64,000 bases of DNA, from positions 369,148,001 to 369,212,000 of the forward strand of contig OZ024741.1 of assembly GCA_964016885.1 (NCBI GenBank), given 5' to 3'. The stretch is from Eledone cirrhosa (lineage: Eukaryota). Positions 23,833 through 38,946 of this stretch are shown here, piece by piece. Below the pieces are notes generated by a model, which was not told the DNA's origin, searched no databases, and saw only the letters and a program-made list of their open reading frames with translations. Position numbers and translations under genes: made by a program. Within the stretch, counting starts at the first letter, position 1; every line of letters starts with the position of its first letter.

Positions 23833-25082
23833 TATAACAGGTAATTGTAAGTTCATTATTTTCATCAACGTTTCACTCCAGATCAGCAAGCAGTTTGAGA
23901 TCGTGGTATACATCAGCAGCTCAGCTTGTTTATCTGGGGTCTATATTCTAAGGGGGCTCTTTTATAATAGTTGTAGGAGTTGTAAAAGGGATGGGTTAGA
24001 GGGAATTAAGAGAATTTGAAAAGGGCCTAAAAGTTAGGGATTGAAGGTTAAAAATTAAAGAATTTATACGTTACGCATTAGAAGTAAAAGACTTGGGATC
24101 CCTTAAAAGCACCTTAAAAAACACCTCAATAAGCGCATAAAGCTTATAAGCCCCAATAAACCTAAAAAACCAGAAGAGATTAAGAGAATAAAAAAATAAA
24201 AGGTTTCCTAAAAAATTCCTTCAAAAAAAATTTTTCTAAGAAATTCCCTTAAAAAAATTTAAGAAAATTTACGAAGATTTTATAATCTCTACGAAGGTTC
24301 TAAACTTGAAAATTAAAAATTAGGGAAAAAAAAGATACTTTCAAAAAGATTTAAGAGGTTAATAAAGTTAATGATTTAGGGAATCCATAATATAAAGATT
24401 AAGATTTAAGTTAGGATTTGAAGTTTAAGAGTTCCAAACCCAGAAATTAAAAAATTTAATGAATTTAAGATTAAGAAATTTATATATCCAAGATTAAAAA
24501 TTAATGATTAAGAGGTTGAACATTAAATTTAAAAATTAAGAAATAAATAGTTGAAAGAAATTAATCAATTAAAGGTTAATTCAAAAAGCCTTCAAAAAAT
24601 CCCTCAGAAAAGGCCTCTTTAATATTTTTTATAAAAACCTCTTCCGAAAGACCCTTCAAAAAATTAAAATTTTAGAGAATCTTTAAAAATATATATAAAT
24701 GAATTGAGGAAAATTACAAATTAAAAATTAAGGAATTTGGGAGATCCGAGGAATTTCCAAAGGGTTGCTTCAACAGATACAACAACTTAGGTATAATAAA
24801 TAAAGTAATTTAAGTAATCTAATTAAGGAGCAATTCAAAGTGCTTATCAAGCTGGGCTCGAAGATTAAAGAAAATGATAAGTAAGAAAATATATAAGCAA
24901 AAAGACAATAATTATAAAATTATAAAATTATAACTAGCTACCGTCGCATATTTGGTAGGTCAGGCGTGATCATCGCGATTTACGTACGACCTACCATACA
25001 TCTTGCTTATTATATATATATATATATTATATATATATTATATATATATATTATATATATATATATATATATATTTTATATA

Positions 25083-25131
<49 letters not shown>

Positions 25132-25178
25132 ATATATTATATATATATTATATATATAATATATATAAATTTATTATA

Positions 25179-25223
<45 letters not shown>

Positions 25224-25242
25224 ATATTATATATATCTATAT

Positions 25243-25274
<32 letters not shown>

Positions 25275-25329
25275 ATTATATACATATATATATTATATAT
25301 ATATATTATATATATATATATATATTTAT

Positions 25330-25363
<34 letters not shown>

Positions 25364-25365
25364 AT

Positions 25366-25399
<34 letters not shown>

Positions 25400-25423
25400 A
25401 TATATAATAAATATTATATTATA

Positions 25424-25482
<59 letters not shown>

Positions 25483-25517
25483 ATTATAAATATATATATA
25501 TATTATATATATATATA

Positions 25518-25630
25518 TTCAAATCCCGCCGAGGTTAACTTTGCCTTTCATCCTTACGAGGTCGATAAAATAAAGTACCTGTAATGTACTGGGTAATTTC
25601 TGGCCTTGTGCAAATAGTAGAAACAATTAT
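25518..25630 (+). mobile_element. SINE 3' fragment
   Basis: TTCAAATCCCGCCGAGG...GAAACAATTAT, matches 62504-62688. Confidence 0.85.
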
Positions 25631-25752
25631 ATATATATATATTATATATATTATATATATATTATATATATATATATTATATATATATATATATATTATA
25701 TATATATATATTATATATATATATATATATTATATATATATATTATATATAT

Positions 25753-25784
<32 letters not shown>

Positions 25785-26270
25785 ATATATTATATATATT
25801 ATATATATATATATTATATATATATATATTTTTATATATATATATATTATATATATTATATATATATATATATATTATATATATATATATTATATATATA
25901 TATATTATATATATTATATATATATATTATATATATATATTATATATATATATTATATATATATATATTATATATATATATTATATATATATATTATATA
26001 TATATATTATATATATATATATTATATATATATATTATATATATATATATTATATATATATATATTATATATATATATATATATTATATATATATATCTA
26101 TATTATATATATATATATATTATATATATATATATATTATATATATTATATATATATATATTATATATATATATATATATTATATATATATATATATTTA
26201 TATTATATATATTATATATATATATACATATATATATTATATATATATTATATATATATAAATATATTAT

Positions 26271-26302
<32 letters not shown>

Positions 26303-26308
26303 ATATAT

Positions 26309-26340
<32 letters not shown>

Positions 26341-26420
26341 ATACATATATATATATATAATATATATATATATAATATATATATATATATATTATATATA
26401 TATATATAATAGATATATAT

Positions 26421-26452
<32 letters not shown>

Positions 26453-26486
26453 ATATATATATCTATATATAATATATATATATAAT

Positions 26487-26529
<43 letters not shown>

Positions 26530-26636
26530 TATATATAATAATATATATATATATAATATATATATATAATATATATATATATAATATATATATATATAAT
26601 ATATATATATAATATATATATATATATAATATATAT

Positions 26637-26668
<32 letters not shown>

Positions 26669-26713
26669 ATATATATATATAATATATATATATATAATAT
26701 ATATATATAATAT

Positions 26714-26745
<32 letters not shown>

Positions 26746-26849
26746 ATATATATATATATATAATATATATATATATATAATATATATAATATATATATAT
26801 AATATATATATATATATAATATATATATATATAATATATATATAGCCCA

Positions 26850-26910
26850 TAAATTACCCAGTACATTACTGGTACTTTATTTTATCGACCCCGTAAGGAT
26901 GAAAGGCAAA
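26850..26910 (-). mobile_element. SINE fragment
   Basis: Reverse complement of the SINE core. Confidence 0.8.
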
Positions 26911-26919
26911 TATATATAT

Positions 26920-26953
<34 letters not shown>

Positions 26954-26966
26954 ATTATATATATAT

Positions 26967-27283
<317 letters not shown>

Positions 27284-27292
27284 ATATATATA

Positions 27293-30155
27293 TACTTGGG
27301 GAGGGTCATATTTGTGTAATATTGCCAGAATTAATAACAGAACACACTCACTGTTTCGTTGGTTTTCGCTTCTCGCTTCTGTGTCTTTTATATCGGTAAT
27401 CTAACTTACTCGGTCCTCAATGTTGCCATTGAATGACCGACGGTCAAAAATATTACAGATACAATATAGACACAAACACATATATATATAGTTTATCATA
27501 AATCTTTCGTTGCACATCTGCAACATCGTCAGTGGTGTTATATTATCCTCCTGTTGTATTGTATGTCTACGCCATTTTTATTCAGTCTGTCTATATATTT
27601 ATTTATTTATTTGCTTGTTTGTTTATTTTATTTTATTTTGTCTTCTTTGCGCATGCGTTTGCGCGTGTGTATAGTGTTTTGTTTGCTGTGTGATGGGTGA
27701 CTAGTGTGTGTTTATGTGCTTGTTGTTATTGTGCTTGTGTATGTATTTATTTATTTATTTATTTTATTTTATTTACTCTTAGGTCAGTGTTGTTTGTTTG
27801 GGTGTTGTTGTTATTCCATTCATTGTTTCTGTTTAGCCTTGGTCTTCTAATTTCTATTTCACTGGCCTCTCTGATTTGCCTATCTGCTGGGTCATTTCTA
27901 TGTTTAGATATTCTAATTTCTATGTTGTCTATGTTACCGTCATGTTGTTGTCTAGCATGTTCGTATAGTACTGACCCGGTTTTTTCGTCCTTTTAGTTCC
28001 CCCCAGTTTTGGTCTATCCTTTCACCTATGCTACGTGCTGTCTCACTTATGTATGTTATTGTCATGTTTCTGCAGGTACCCTCTGTACATCTTATGCTAT
28101 AGACTACGTTTCTAGTTTTACAGTTTATCCGGGGGTTCACCCTACATATGATACATTTCCTATTGGTACAGTGGTTTTCTTAAAAGGGTAGGTTTTGCTG
28201 ATCAGGGATTTTATGGTGGTTCCTGGCTTTTCTACCACCTTCATTTTTTTAAAATGGGTTTTTCTCAGGGCCTTTCTACACTGGTTAGCTAATTTCCCTC
28301 CAGGGGTAGCGTCCACAAACATGACACTCTAGTATCTCTGGTTGTCGTACCATGAGGTGGCTTTCCCTATCTTATGTCTAGCCCTATCTAAACTATTCCA
28401 TGATTTGCTCCTGTATAATGGGCAAATTCCTTTCATGTCCAATTCTATGAGGGTCTTATTCTTCTCCATGGTTCCTTCGTATACTCTGACTCTGTCTCTT
28501 TGGTTGTAGCCAGAGAACTGCATGCGATTGATGAAGTGTTAGAACTGCATGCGATTGATGAAGTGTTGGATGTGTCTTTCCATTTCTGTTGGGTCGCACA
28601 TGCGGGACACATTCTTCATCACTCGTACCAAATCTGCGATCAGAATATTAAACTTAGCACTACTGGACATTGCTGAGTTTTTGAGTATCAGGTTTTGGCG
28701 GCCATGCGTTTAGCATAGTGTGAGTGGAGAATTTGGGCTCATTCGTCTATAGTGTTAATCCAGAGTTCTGTGTCTAACACAGGTAGTCTACTGTTAGGGT
28801 GTTTGCAAGGGAAGTCGATAGTTACAGTTATACTCTGGTGTATGGAATTAGCTATCTGCTGGATGCTTTCCATCGTGCTACGTTCTAATTCAAACTTGTT
28901 AGTGCTCTCTAGTGGGGGTGTTCTTATAACTATATTGATATCGTCTACATAACGAGAGTACATGATGAGGTCTATGGAGCTCTCATTAAGGAGATCTTTA
29001 AGTCTCCTTTCCCACCATACCATGAAAAGGTTGGCAACATCACCAGCTATGCTGACGCCGATGGCTGCCCCCTCATTTTGGGTGTAGATCTTCTCGTTAA
29101 ACTTAAATATGTGGCCCTTTAGGGTAGTTTTGATACTAGCCCCTATTGCATGTGCGACCATTTTCCTTACCTGATCATTGTTTTGGGGGGTCCGTATAGC
29201 TTTGGTCCACCCAATCCACCTTCCCATAGGAGTCTTTTTTGCCATAGAGGTTATGGTGGGGGGTCTACCTCTTATAGGTCTACTAGGGCAGAAACATCTA
29301 AGGTCATGGCTATTTAGGTAGTCAGTGTCGTAGGTAAGTCTATGTAGGAGGCCCAGTTCGTCTGTGTCGACGTCGCAGAACTCCAACTCACTCTCAATGA
29401 TCATCTCCACACATCTTTTCACAGCAAAATCAATGTTAATGGATGGGTACAGTGACACCACATCCATGCTACCTATTATGCAGTTGGATAGGTTCCTGTT
29501 TTTGTTGCACTCACTGATTCTGCTGAGGAGATCCTCTGTACTGTCACATACATCTGGGGACATCTTGATTATGGGGCGCATAACCATTGAGAGGAAGTAG
29601 GAGATCCTGTAGTTGCTAGCTATATTAGCTCCGCATAAGGGTCTTGTTGGTGGTCCTGTTGTCGGGTCGTCGACTGTCTTGTAGTCTTTGCGGAGCCCAT
29701 ACAAGGGTGGTATGCCATTGTTAGACGCCTGGAAGTTGTTGGCAGTGCGTCTGCTTCGCTTTAGGATGTCAGTCCACATCATCATGTGAGCGTTGAGGAT
29801 TTTCTCTCTCCCATCGTGTGTTTGTTGTGCAATTTCGCTCGTGTTGGTGATGTGGGGTTGCATAGCCTTGATATAGTTCGGCATGCTATCTATTGACATC
29901 CTACCAGACTTATCCGTGGGTAGACATACTACCTCACCATCCCTTGTGCGCTGCTTGAGGCTAACCAAGCCTTCAACAGGTTTCCTCCCAAGTTGTTGGG
30001 CCTCTGGTCTTCTCTGTCTCTTAGTATACCTGTCTACTATTTGTATAATCTTATTTCTAGCTATGGTGAACTGTGCCTCTGTCTTGTCATCTATTTGTTG
30101 TGGTATGCAAACTCTTTTATTAAAGGGTAACCTCGTAGGATAGATATTACCCATA
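27293..30155 (-). mobile_element. Penelope-like element C, copy 1 (RT + GIY-YIG, disrupted; possibly Naiad-like)
   Basis: ORF 28739-30154 has [15 protein letters not shown] and RYVDD. Downstream fragments have VVYSIRC..YISET. The 3' pLTR carries hammerhead F5. Confidence 0.9.
27495..27536 (-). ncRNA. Minimal hammerhead, family F5 (weak stem I)
   Basis: CUGACGA-U-GUUGCA gaug UGCAAC-GAAA-GAUU-UA. Confidence 0.6.
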
Positions 30156-30160
30156 ATATC

Positions 30161-30203
<43 letters not shown>

Positions 30204-30275
30204 AAAGAAAAAGAGATGAAATCGAAAATGCAACTGGAGCTTATTTTTTTTAAAAATATGTATATTTATTTGGTT

Positions 30276-30313
30276 CCTTTACCGGTTTCGCAGTTCTTCT
30301 GCTTTTCAAAAGG
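30276..30313 (-). ncRNA. Minimal hammerhead F4 (U3-A8)
   Basis: CCUU-UUGAAAA-GCAG aagaa CUGC-GAAA-CCGG-UA-AAGG. Confidence 0.8.
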
Positions 30314-30390
30314 TGAGTTGAGATGGAGGGTCTGTGGTTTTTCTCACATGTGAGATGTGAGAAAAACCACAGACCCTCCATCTCAACTCA

Positions 30391-30428
30391 CCTTTTGAAA
30401 AGCAGAAGAACTGCGAAACCGGTAAAGG
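30391..30428 (+). ncRNA. Minimal hammerhead F4 (U3-A8)
   Basis: CCTT TTGAAAA GCAG AAGAA CTGC GAAA CCGG TA AAGG. Confidence 0.8.
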
Positions 30429-30601
30429 AACCAAATAAATATACATATTTTTATAAAAAATAAGACTCCAGTTGCATTTTCGATTTCATCTCTTTTTCTT
30501 TATACTTTCACTCGTGTAGGACACCTCGGTTATTTTTCAATTTGTAAAAAAAACCTCACTTTCTAATATATATATATATATATATAGTTTTAATATAGAT
30601 G

Positions 30602-30652
30602 AGATTCTACAGGACTAGAACTGTTTCATTCTTTAGAAATCATCAGGAATCT
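30602..30652 (-). ncRNA. Type I hammerhead F6
   Basis: AGAUUC-CUGAUGA-U UUC uaaa GAA U-GAAA-CAG uucuaguc CUG-UA-GAAUCU. Confidence 0.85.
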
Positions 30653-31259
30653 GGGTATCAAAAAATAAGTATGGTATTTATAGGTCTCTTCAAGTGGTAG
30701 GAGAGGGTGGGGAGTGGGATGGGTGTAGGTCAACGGTTGATAGAAAAGGGAATTCATTAAAAGCTAATTCTACAAAGCTATAGTTTTTTATTTTTAGAGT
30801 AACAAAGACAGAAAGAATTCTATAAACAGGTTCAGGATAGGGTGCCACTCCTTATTATTAAGTTTCTCTTAAGCTAACAGGTGTCTATAAGGTCAGTGGG
30901 GGTCAGTCACGGTTGATAGATTTAAAGGAAAGGGAGATTCTTTAAAAGCTAAATTCTTTAAGGTTCTACTAAGTGACAAATAAAAAATATCTGGAGTGGA
31001 AAACGCAAGTGAGAGTTTAAATCAGTTAGTGAAGAAAATAGGGAAGTAAAAAGTGGAAAGTGAAGATATTAGGTAAGTGAATCGGAGAATAAAGGTGTGG
31101 GGGGAGGGGGGGGGGGTTATTGGTGGATGTGAAGTAAAAATAAAAAAAAATAAAAATATATATATATAAAAATAAAAATGAAAATAAAAATGAAATTAAT
31201 AATAAGGATAAAAATGAAAGTAAATCAGAAAGGGTAGTTATAAAGAGAATAATAAGAGT

Positions 31260-33398
31260 TTATGGAGGATAAGTATCTGAAAGTGTGTTAAGTTTATATG
31301 AGCTGGAAAGCAGGTGTGATTTCATGTGTGGGCAACTGGTGAAAATTTCCGTCTTTGTGTTCAGGCAGGTCTTTGGTGATTTAAGATTTTGCAAAATCCA
31401 ATATTTTTCATTTATGCAGAGCGTGCATTTTCTTGTTCCTCTTGCATATTCTTTAGATTGGTTCAAAATTGACCAATCCAATTTATATTGGATGCCTTGG
31501 TCTTTCAAATCCCAAATTCTGCTAGCCAGAGCTGTTGTAAATCTATTTTCTGGATGTCGAAAGGATGCGACATGTGAGTAATAACGCGTTTTGAATTTGT
31601 CTTGCCTCATACCCACATATCGTTCACTGGTGGCTGGATGGTTGTTGCTGATGGTTGTCACTTTAGCCGCATATACAATGGCTTTGGTGTTGCATTTACC
31701 TTGTAATGGGCATTCACTTTTGATTCTACAGGAGCAATTTTGATTTTCTCTAGGTAATTTTTTGTTGATGATATAGGACTTAATAGGGGAACGCAGGAAT
31801 AGCTGATTTTGACACAGTTTCTGTTAAATATCTTATAGTATCTATGTGTTCTAGGGAAATGTTTATCTAGGAGCTCTAGGAATTTTTTGCCTACATTAGT
31901 TTTAACTGCTAGAGAGTAGGGGGGTGTGAACCAGATTATTTTTCTTTTCCTGTTTTTATGTTTAATAGAGTTAGTATAGTTGGGTATGTATTTAATCGGT
32001 TCGCTAAAACCGCTATTTTGGAGGGCTTTATTATAGTAGGGGGATGCCTTATTAAAAATAGCTTCTGAGGAAGAGAGGGTGGAGATCCTGCGGCTAATAT
32101 TAGGGATAAGGTTTTTAAAAAACTATAGGAGGATGGCAAGAGCCTTTATTTATATATTTTAAGTTTTCATTAGGTTTATGGTATGGTTTATAAGAAGCAG
32201 TAGGCAAATCTAGGTTTATATCTAGGAAATCTACATTGGAAAGGTTAGCGTCAATAGTAATTTTAATATTAAAACTAGCGAAGGTTTTTATTAAGTCTTT
32301 CCTTAATCTATCTAAGTTATGGCCTATGGTGGTATGGGAAAGTATTAGACCATCGTCCCGATAACGCCCAAAAATATGGTTAGGAAATTTTTCTTTAAGT
32401 GTATGTAGGAGGAATAGGCCGACCATATCACAAACATCAGCACTGTCATAAGAGCCCACTGAGACATCGAATGGGCTCTCTGGGTTAGATATTTTTACCC
32501 AAGTGTCATTATCAGTAAAGAGTAGAGTGTTTCTAGAGTGCAAGATGATATTCTCTTCAATATCGGAGATATTAGTAAACCTTCTAGCGAATTTTAAAGC
32601 TTTCGCTAAAAGGGTCTGAGTGATAGATGGGTAGAAATCTACAATGTCAAATTGGGGGAATCTAGAACTATTTTTGTTTTTAATATTATTAAACCAATGT
32701 ACTACGGAAGAGCTATTTATCCATTGGAGTAATTTAGACTTACTTCTAATGTGTGTATTTATATTATTTAAAATTTTTTTGCTGGCAAGACCAATATCAG
32801 TCTTAGCAGGGTTGATTAATCTACAACTAGGACGATTAATAAAGTCGGGTTTGTGATCTTTAAGGGTGATGTACGCATTACGTTTAGCAAGTTTTTCTGT
32901 CCTATTATCTATTTTTAAAGAAACAGCTAATTCTTTAGCTTCCTTATTTATATTATGATACGTGTTTATATTAGCTATTTGGTATTTAGAGGTGATATTA
33001 TCTATTAATAGTTGGTCGTGTAAATTATTGTTAACTTCATATAGGTGTTTAGTTTTATCGGAGAAGATGAACTTATTATTAGAAGATTTGAATGTTGAAA
33101 TATCATTAGATAGTTTAGATTGAAAGGGGTTAGAGTACTTACGAAAATTGATATTGTTGATTAGGTTAACTAGGTCTAATTCAAAAGCGGTCATATCTTT
33201 TACTCTTTGCGGGTATTTATGAGTTTTGATGTCAAAATATTCCGTGGAATCCGTGTTAAAGTGTCCATCGAGAATCAAAGCTTTCCATCTCATTCTTTTA
33301 ACAACCTTCTCTACTTTGTCTATCAGTATTTTCGTGTAGAGAGTGTTAGAAGGTGTTGGGATATTCTTTACAGAGTTATCCAAAGGGTATCTATCCAT
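31260..33398 (-). pseudogene. PLE-A RT + GIY-YIG endonuclease (frameshifted; possibly Hydra-like clade)
   Basis: QFDIVDFYPSI, GRYRDDGL and DFLDI. CSCRIKSECPLQGKC..IVYA..YVG..FKTRY..H. Confidence 0.9.
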
Positions 33399-33617
33399 GT
33401 TCAGTATTGGTTTAAAATCCTATGAATGAAGAGTGCTCGACTTTAAAAGGACTGGAAGGTGCCAATCTCATAAAGATGTAGAATATGCTGCGATCATTCC
33501 CTTGGGAGCTGTATAAGTATTGAAATTTCCGTTGAAAACAGAAAAGGTCATAGAAGTGAAGAGTGCTCTATGTAAGTACCAGAGCAAAATTTAATGTATA
33601 AAAATCAATACAATATA

Positions 33618-33695
33618 ATTACCTCATTACCAGAGGTTTCCCGAATGAGGCGAATATGAAAGAAATGTCTTCATTCCTTCGTCAGACGAGGCAAT
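33618..33695 (-). ncRNA. Type I hammerhead F7
   Basis: AUUGCCUCGU-CUGACGA-..GAAUGA..UCAUUC..-GAAA-CC ucu GG-UA-AUGAGGUAAU, with a 10-bp stem I. Confidence 0.85.
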
Positions 33696-34427
33696 ATAAA
33701 ACATGGCTAAATACTTGGAAAGTCTCATCAAGAAAAGCAAAAAAAAAATAGACGAATGAATTACAATATGAAATATATAAAAATCTTTCAAGAAATATAG
33801 TTAGGTGTGTGTATATGTATGTATATACGCTCTCCAGACGTGCATATATGTGTATGTACAAATGTATACGTATAGTCAAAAAGTGTGCGTAAATATATAT
33901 TTTAGGGCAAATGTATCTGTGTATCTGTAAACAACAGACAGACATGATGTGGTTTTCTGTTTGGCAGGTACACAGAAAAAATAGGGTAATAGATACATCA
34001 TAAGAATATGAAGGCACGCGTAAAAACACACCCACACACACGTACACTTATATGCGGAAGTAAAAGAGGTAAGGGAGTGTAATAATTAAAAGAAAGTATC
34101 ATTCTCGATATATTTATAAAAATGGAACAATAATTTAGAAAGAAAAAAATAAAGAATAGAAGACAAACAAGGTACACGCATTCACACACACGTATATCTA
34201 CAAGAAACGTATATCTATAAGAAATATATATATATACACGCAAAAAACGTGCAGACAAAAGCGTATGCAAACACATCTACACACACAGGATACACATAAA
34301 TACGAATATACGCCTCGCCCCACACACACACTCGCACACTCGCACACACACACACACAAAAAAAACACAAAAATATACATGCTTATATACACACGCACAC
34401 TTATACATCCATACATTCGATACGTAG

Positions 34428-34459
<32 letters not shown>

Positions 34460-36030
34460 TTACACTCACGCATATTGATCTGTTTGCATGCACACGCATA
34501 AAAATGAGGATGTAAAAAAATGAGAATGTAAAAAAAGGAAGAAGAAAAGAAAACAAAAAAAACACAAAACAAAAAACATAGATGTAAAAACACGGATTTA
34601 AAGACACATATACATACACATATATATATATATATATACACGCACGCGCGCGCACATACGGAGGCGCTCGTGTACACATATAGAAAGTATACACACATTA
34701 AGGCGTTCAGACACATAGATACAGGGTGTAAAAAACTTGTGGATAAGTAAGTACAAATATAAAATTATAAGATTGGCTGCGAAAAAATAAAAAATAAAAA
34801 TAAAAAATATCTGGAGTGGAAAACGCAAGTGAGAGTTTAAATCAGTTAGTGAAGAAAATAGGGAAGTAAAAAGTGGAAAGTGAAGATATTAGGTAAGTGA
34901 ATCGGAGAATAAAGGGGGGGGGGGGTTATCGGTGGATGTGAAGTAAAAATAAAAAAAAATAAAAATATATATAAATAAAAATAAAAATGAAAATAAAAAT
35001 AAAAATGAAATTAATAATAAGGATAAAAATAAAGTAAATCAGAAAGGGTAGTTATAAAGAGAATAATAAGAGTTTATGGAGGATAAGTATCTGAAAGTGA
35101 GTTAAGTTTATATGAGCTGGAAATCAGGTGTGATTTCATGTGTGGGCAACTGGTGAAAATTTCCGTCTTTGTGTTCAGGCAGGTCTTTGGTGATTTAAGA
35201 TTTTGCAAAATCCAATATTTTTCATTTATGCAGAGCGTGCATTTTCTTGTTCCTCTTGCATATTCTTTAGATTGGTTCAAAATTGACCAATCCAATTTAT
35301 ATTGGATGCCTTGGTCTTTCAAATCCCAAATTCTGCTAGCCTGAGCTGTTGTAAATCTTTTTTCTGGATGTCGAAAGGATGCGACATGTGAGTAATAACG
35401 CGTTTTGAATTTGTCTTGCGTCATACCCACATATCGTTCACTGGTGGCTGGATGGTTGTTGCTGATGGTTGTCACTTTAGCAGCATATACAAAGACGGAA
35501 ATTTTCACCAGTTGCCCACACATGAAATCACACCTGCTTTCCAGCTCATATAAACTTAACACACTTTCAGATACTTATCCTCCATAAACTCTTATTATTC
35601 TCTTTATAACTACCCTTTCTGATTTACTTTCATTTTTATCCTTATTATTAATTTCATTTTTATTTTTATTTTTATTTTTATTTTTATTTTTATTTTTATT
35701 TTTATTTTTATATATATATATATTTTTAATTTTTACTTCAATAACCCCCCCCCCCACCTTTATTCTCCGATTCACTTACCTAATATCTTCACTTTCCACT
35801 TTTTACTTCCCTATTTTCTTCACTAACTGATTTAAACTCTCACTTGCGTTTTCCACTCCAGATATTTTTTATTTTTAATTTTTATTTTTTCGCAGCCAAT
35901 CTTATAATTTTATATTTGTACTTACTTATCCACAAGTTTTTTACACCCTGTATCTATGTGTCTGAACGCCTTAATGTGTGTATACATTCTATATGTGTAC
36001 ACTAGCGCCTCCGTATGTGCGCGCGCGTGC

Positions 36031-36090
<60 letters not shown>

Positions 36091-36991
36091 CTTTATATCC
36101 GTGTTTTTACATCTGTTTTTTTGTTTCGTTTTTTTTTATTCTTCCCTTTTTTACATCCTCATTTTTTACATCCTCATTTTTATGCGTGTGCATGCAAACA
36201 GGTCAATATGCGTGAGTGTAAGTATGTGTGTGTGTGTGTGTGTACGTATCGAATGTATGGATGTGTAAGTGTGCGTGTGTATATAAGCATGTATATTTTT
36301 GTGTTTTTTTTGTGTGTATGTGTGTGCGAGTGTGTATACAGTCGCGTGCGTGCGCGTGATTAGATATACATAGGGCGAGGCGTATATTCGTATTTATGTG
36401 TATCCTATGTGTGTAGATGTGCTTGCATACGCTTTTGTCTGCACGTTTTTTGCGTGTATATATATATATTTCTTATAGATATACGTTTCTTGTAGATATA
36501 CGTGTGTGTGTATGCGTGTACCTTGTTGTCTTCTTTTCTTTAATTTTTTCTTTCTAAATTATTGTTCCATTTTTATAAATATATCGAGAATGATACTTTC
36601 TTTTAATTATTACACTCCCTTACCTCTTTTACTTCCGCATATAAGTGTACGTGTGTGTGGGTGTGTTTTTACGCGTGCCTTCATATTCTTATGATGTATC
36701 TATTACCCTATTTTTTCTGTGTACCTGCCAAACAGAAAACCACATCATGTCTGTCTGTTGTTTACAGATACACAGATACATTTGCCGTAAAATATATATT
36801 TACGCACACTTTTTGACTATACGTATACATCTGTACATACACATATATGCACATCTGGAGAGCGTATATACATACATATACACACACCTAACTATATTTC
36901 TTGAAAGATTTTTATATATTTCATATTGTAAGTTTATATTTTTTTTTTGCTTTTCTTGATGAGACTTTCCAAGTATTTAGCCATGTTTTAT

Positions 36992-37069
36992 ATTGCCTCG
37001 TCTGACGAAGGAATGAAGACGTTTCTTTCATATTCGCCTCATTCGGGAAACCTCTGGTAATGAGGTAAT
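36992..37069 (+). ncRNA. Type I hammerhead F7
   Basis: Inverted copy of 33618-33695. Confidence 0.85.
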
Positions 37070-37314
37070 TATATTGTATTGATTTTTATACATTAAATTT
37101 TGCTCTGGTACTTACATAGAGCACTCTTCACTTCTAAGACCTTTTCTGTTTTCAACGGAAATTTCAATATTTATATATAATATATATATATTATATATAA
37201 ATATATATATATATATATCTATAATATATATATATCTATAATATATATATATATAATATATCTATATATCTATAATATATATATATATAATATATATATA
37301 TATATAATATATAT

Positions 37315-37533
<219 letters not shown>

Positions 37534-37729
37534 CGTTACTCCGGGTTGAATCGGAGGTAACCACAGTAAGTAAGGTACTCAATACGTTGCAGATTATAAA
37601 AGTTTTAATATAGATGAGATTCTACAGGACTAGAACTGTTTCATTCTTAGAAATCATATTTTAAAATTATTTGTCTATATTTTTTTGCTTTTCTAGATGA
37701 GACTTTCCAAGTTTTTAGCCATGTTTTAT

Positions 37730-37807
37730 ATTGCCTCGTCTGACGAACGAATGAAGACGTTTCTTTCATATTCGCCTCATTCGGGAAACCTCTGGTAATG
37801 AGGTAAT
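37730..37807 (+). ncRNA. Type I hammerhead F7
   Basis: Third copy, next to a truncated minus-strand F6 fragment (37601-37657). Confidence 0.85.
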
Positions 37808-37836
37808 TATATTGTATTGATTTTTATACATTATAT

Positions 37837-37871
<35 letters not shown>

Positions 37872-38446
37872 ATATATATATATGTATATATATTATATAT
37901 ATATTATATATATATATATGTATATATATATATTATATATATATATTATATAGATATATATATATTATATATATATATATTATATATATATATATTATAT
38001 ATTATATATATTTATATATATATAATACATATATATATATTATATATATATATTATATATATATTATATATATATATATTATATATATATATTATATATA
38101 TATATATATATTATATATATATATTATATATATATATATAGATATTCTATATATATATATTATATATATAATATATATATATATATTATATATATATATA
38201 TTATATATATATATCTTATATATATATATTATATATATATATTATATATATATTATATATATTATATATATATATATATATATAAATTATATATATATAT
38301 TATATTATATTATATTATATATATATATTATATATATATATTATATTATATTATATATATATTATATATATATTATATATATATATATTATATATATATT
38401 ATATATATATATTATATATATATATTATATATATATATATATTTAT

Positions 38447-38553
<107 letters not shown>

Positions 38554-38568
38554 ATATTATATAAATAT

Positions 38569-38642
<74 letters not shown>

Positions 38643-38692
38643 AGTATGTATGTATACGTACATACATATATGTATACAGACGCACAGTAGCA

Positions 38693-38750
<58 letters not shown>

Positions 38751-38903
38751 TACAAGCAGGTACACATACATATATGCACGCATCAGTTTAGCGGACGCTT
38801 ATTATAACGCCGCTTTGTTCGTTTGTCAACAAACTGAACAGTGAATTTATGCCATACGGTGTTAAGGCAACCACGTCACCTTTTGTTCAACACTGACACA
38901 GGA

Positions 38904-38946
38904 ACGATGTACTAGTTTCAAGCTTGTTAGCTATCATCAGCACCGT
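38904..38946 (-). ncRNA. Minimal hammerhead F8
   Basis: ACGGUG-CUGAUGA-U AGCU aaca AGCU U-GAAA-CUAG-UA-CAUCGU. Confidence 0.88.

Larger units (their letters stand above)
30200..30566. repeat. Fold-back palindrome of the F4 pLTR (arms about 30200-30349 and 30355-30503)
   Basis: Direct reverse complementarity; one hammerhead on each strand. Confidence 0.9.
30586..37170 (-). mobile_element. Penelope-like element A with tandem pLTR (34805-35490 repeats 30985-31678) and inverted pLTR (35490-37170 inverts about 33520-35170)
   Basis: RT ORF, GIY-YIG ORF, and direct and inverted repeats seen directly. Confidence 0.88.

Noticed and set aside
23862-23920. Minus-strand CUGAUGU...GAAACGUU motif
   Set aside because: A9 is altered and there is no stem I pairing; at best a decayed motif, so it was not counted.
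28736-28745. In-frame TGA in PLE-C as possible selenocysteine recoding
   Set aside because: It aligns with Arg (AGA) in copy 2, not Cys. The stop in copy 2 is TAA, and no SECIS was recognised.
35074-35587. Apparent novel N-terminus on a GIY-YIG ORF
   Set aside because: It is a chimera across the inversion junction at about 35490.
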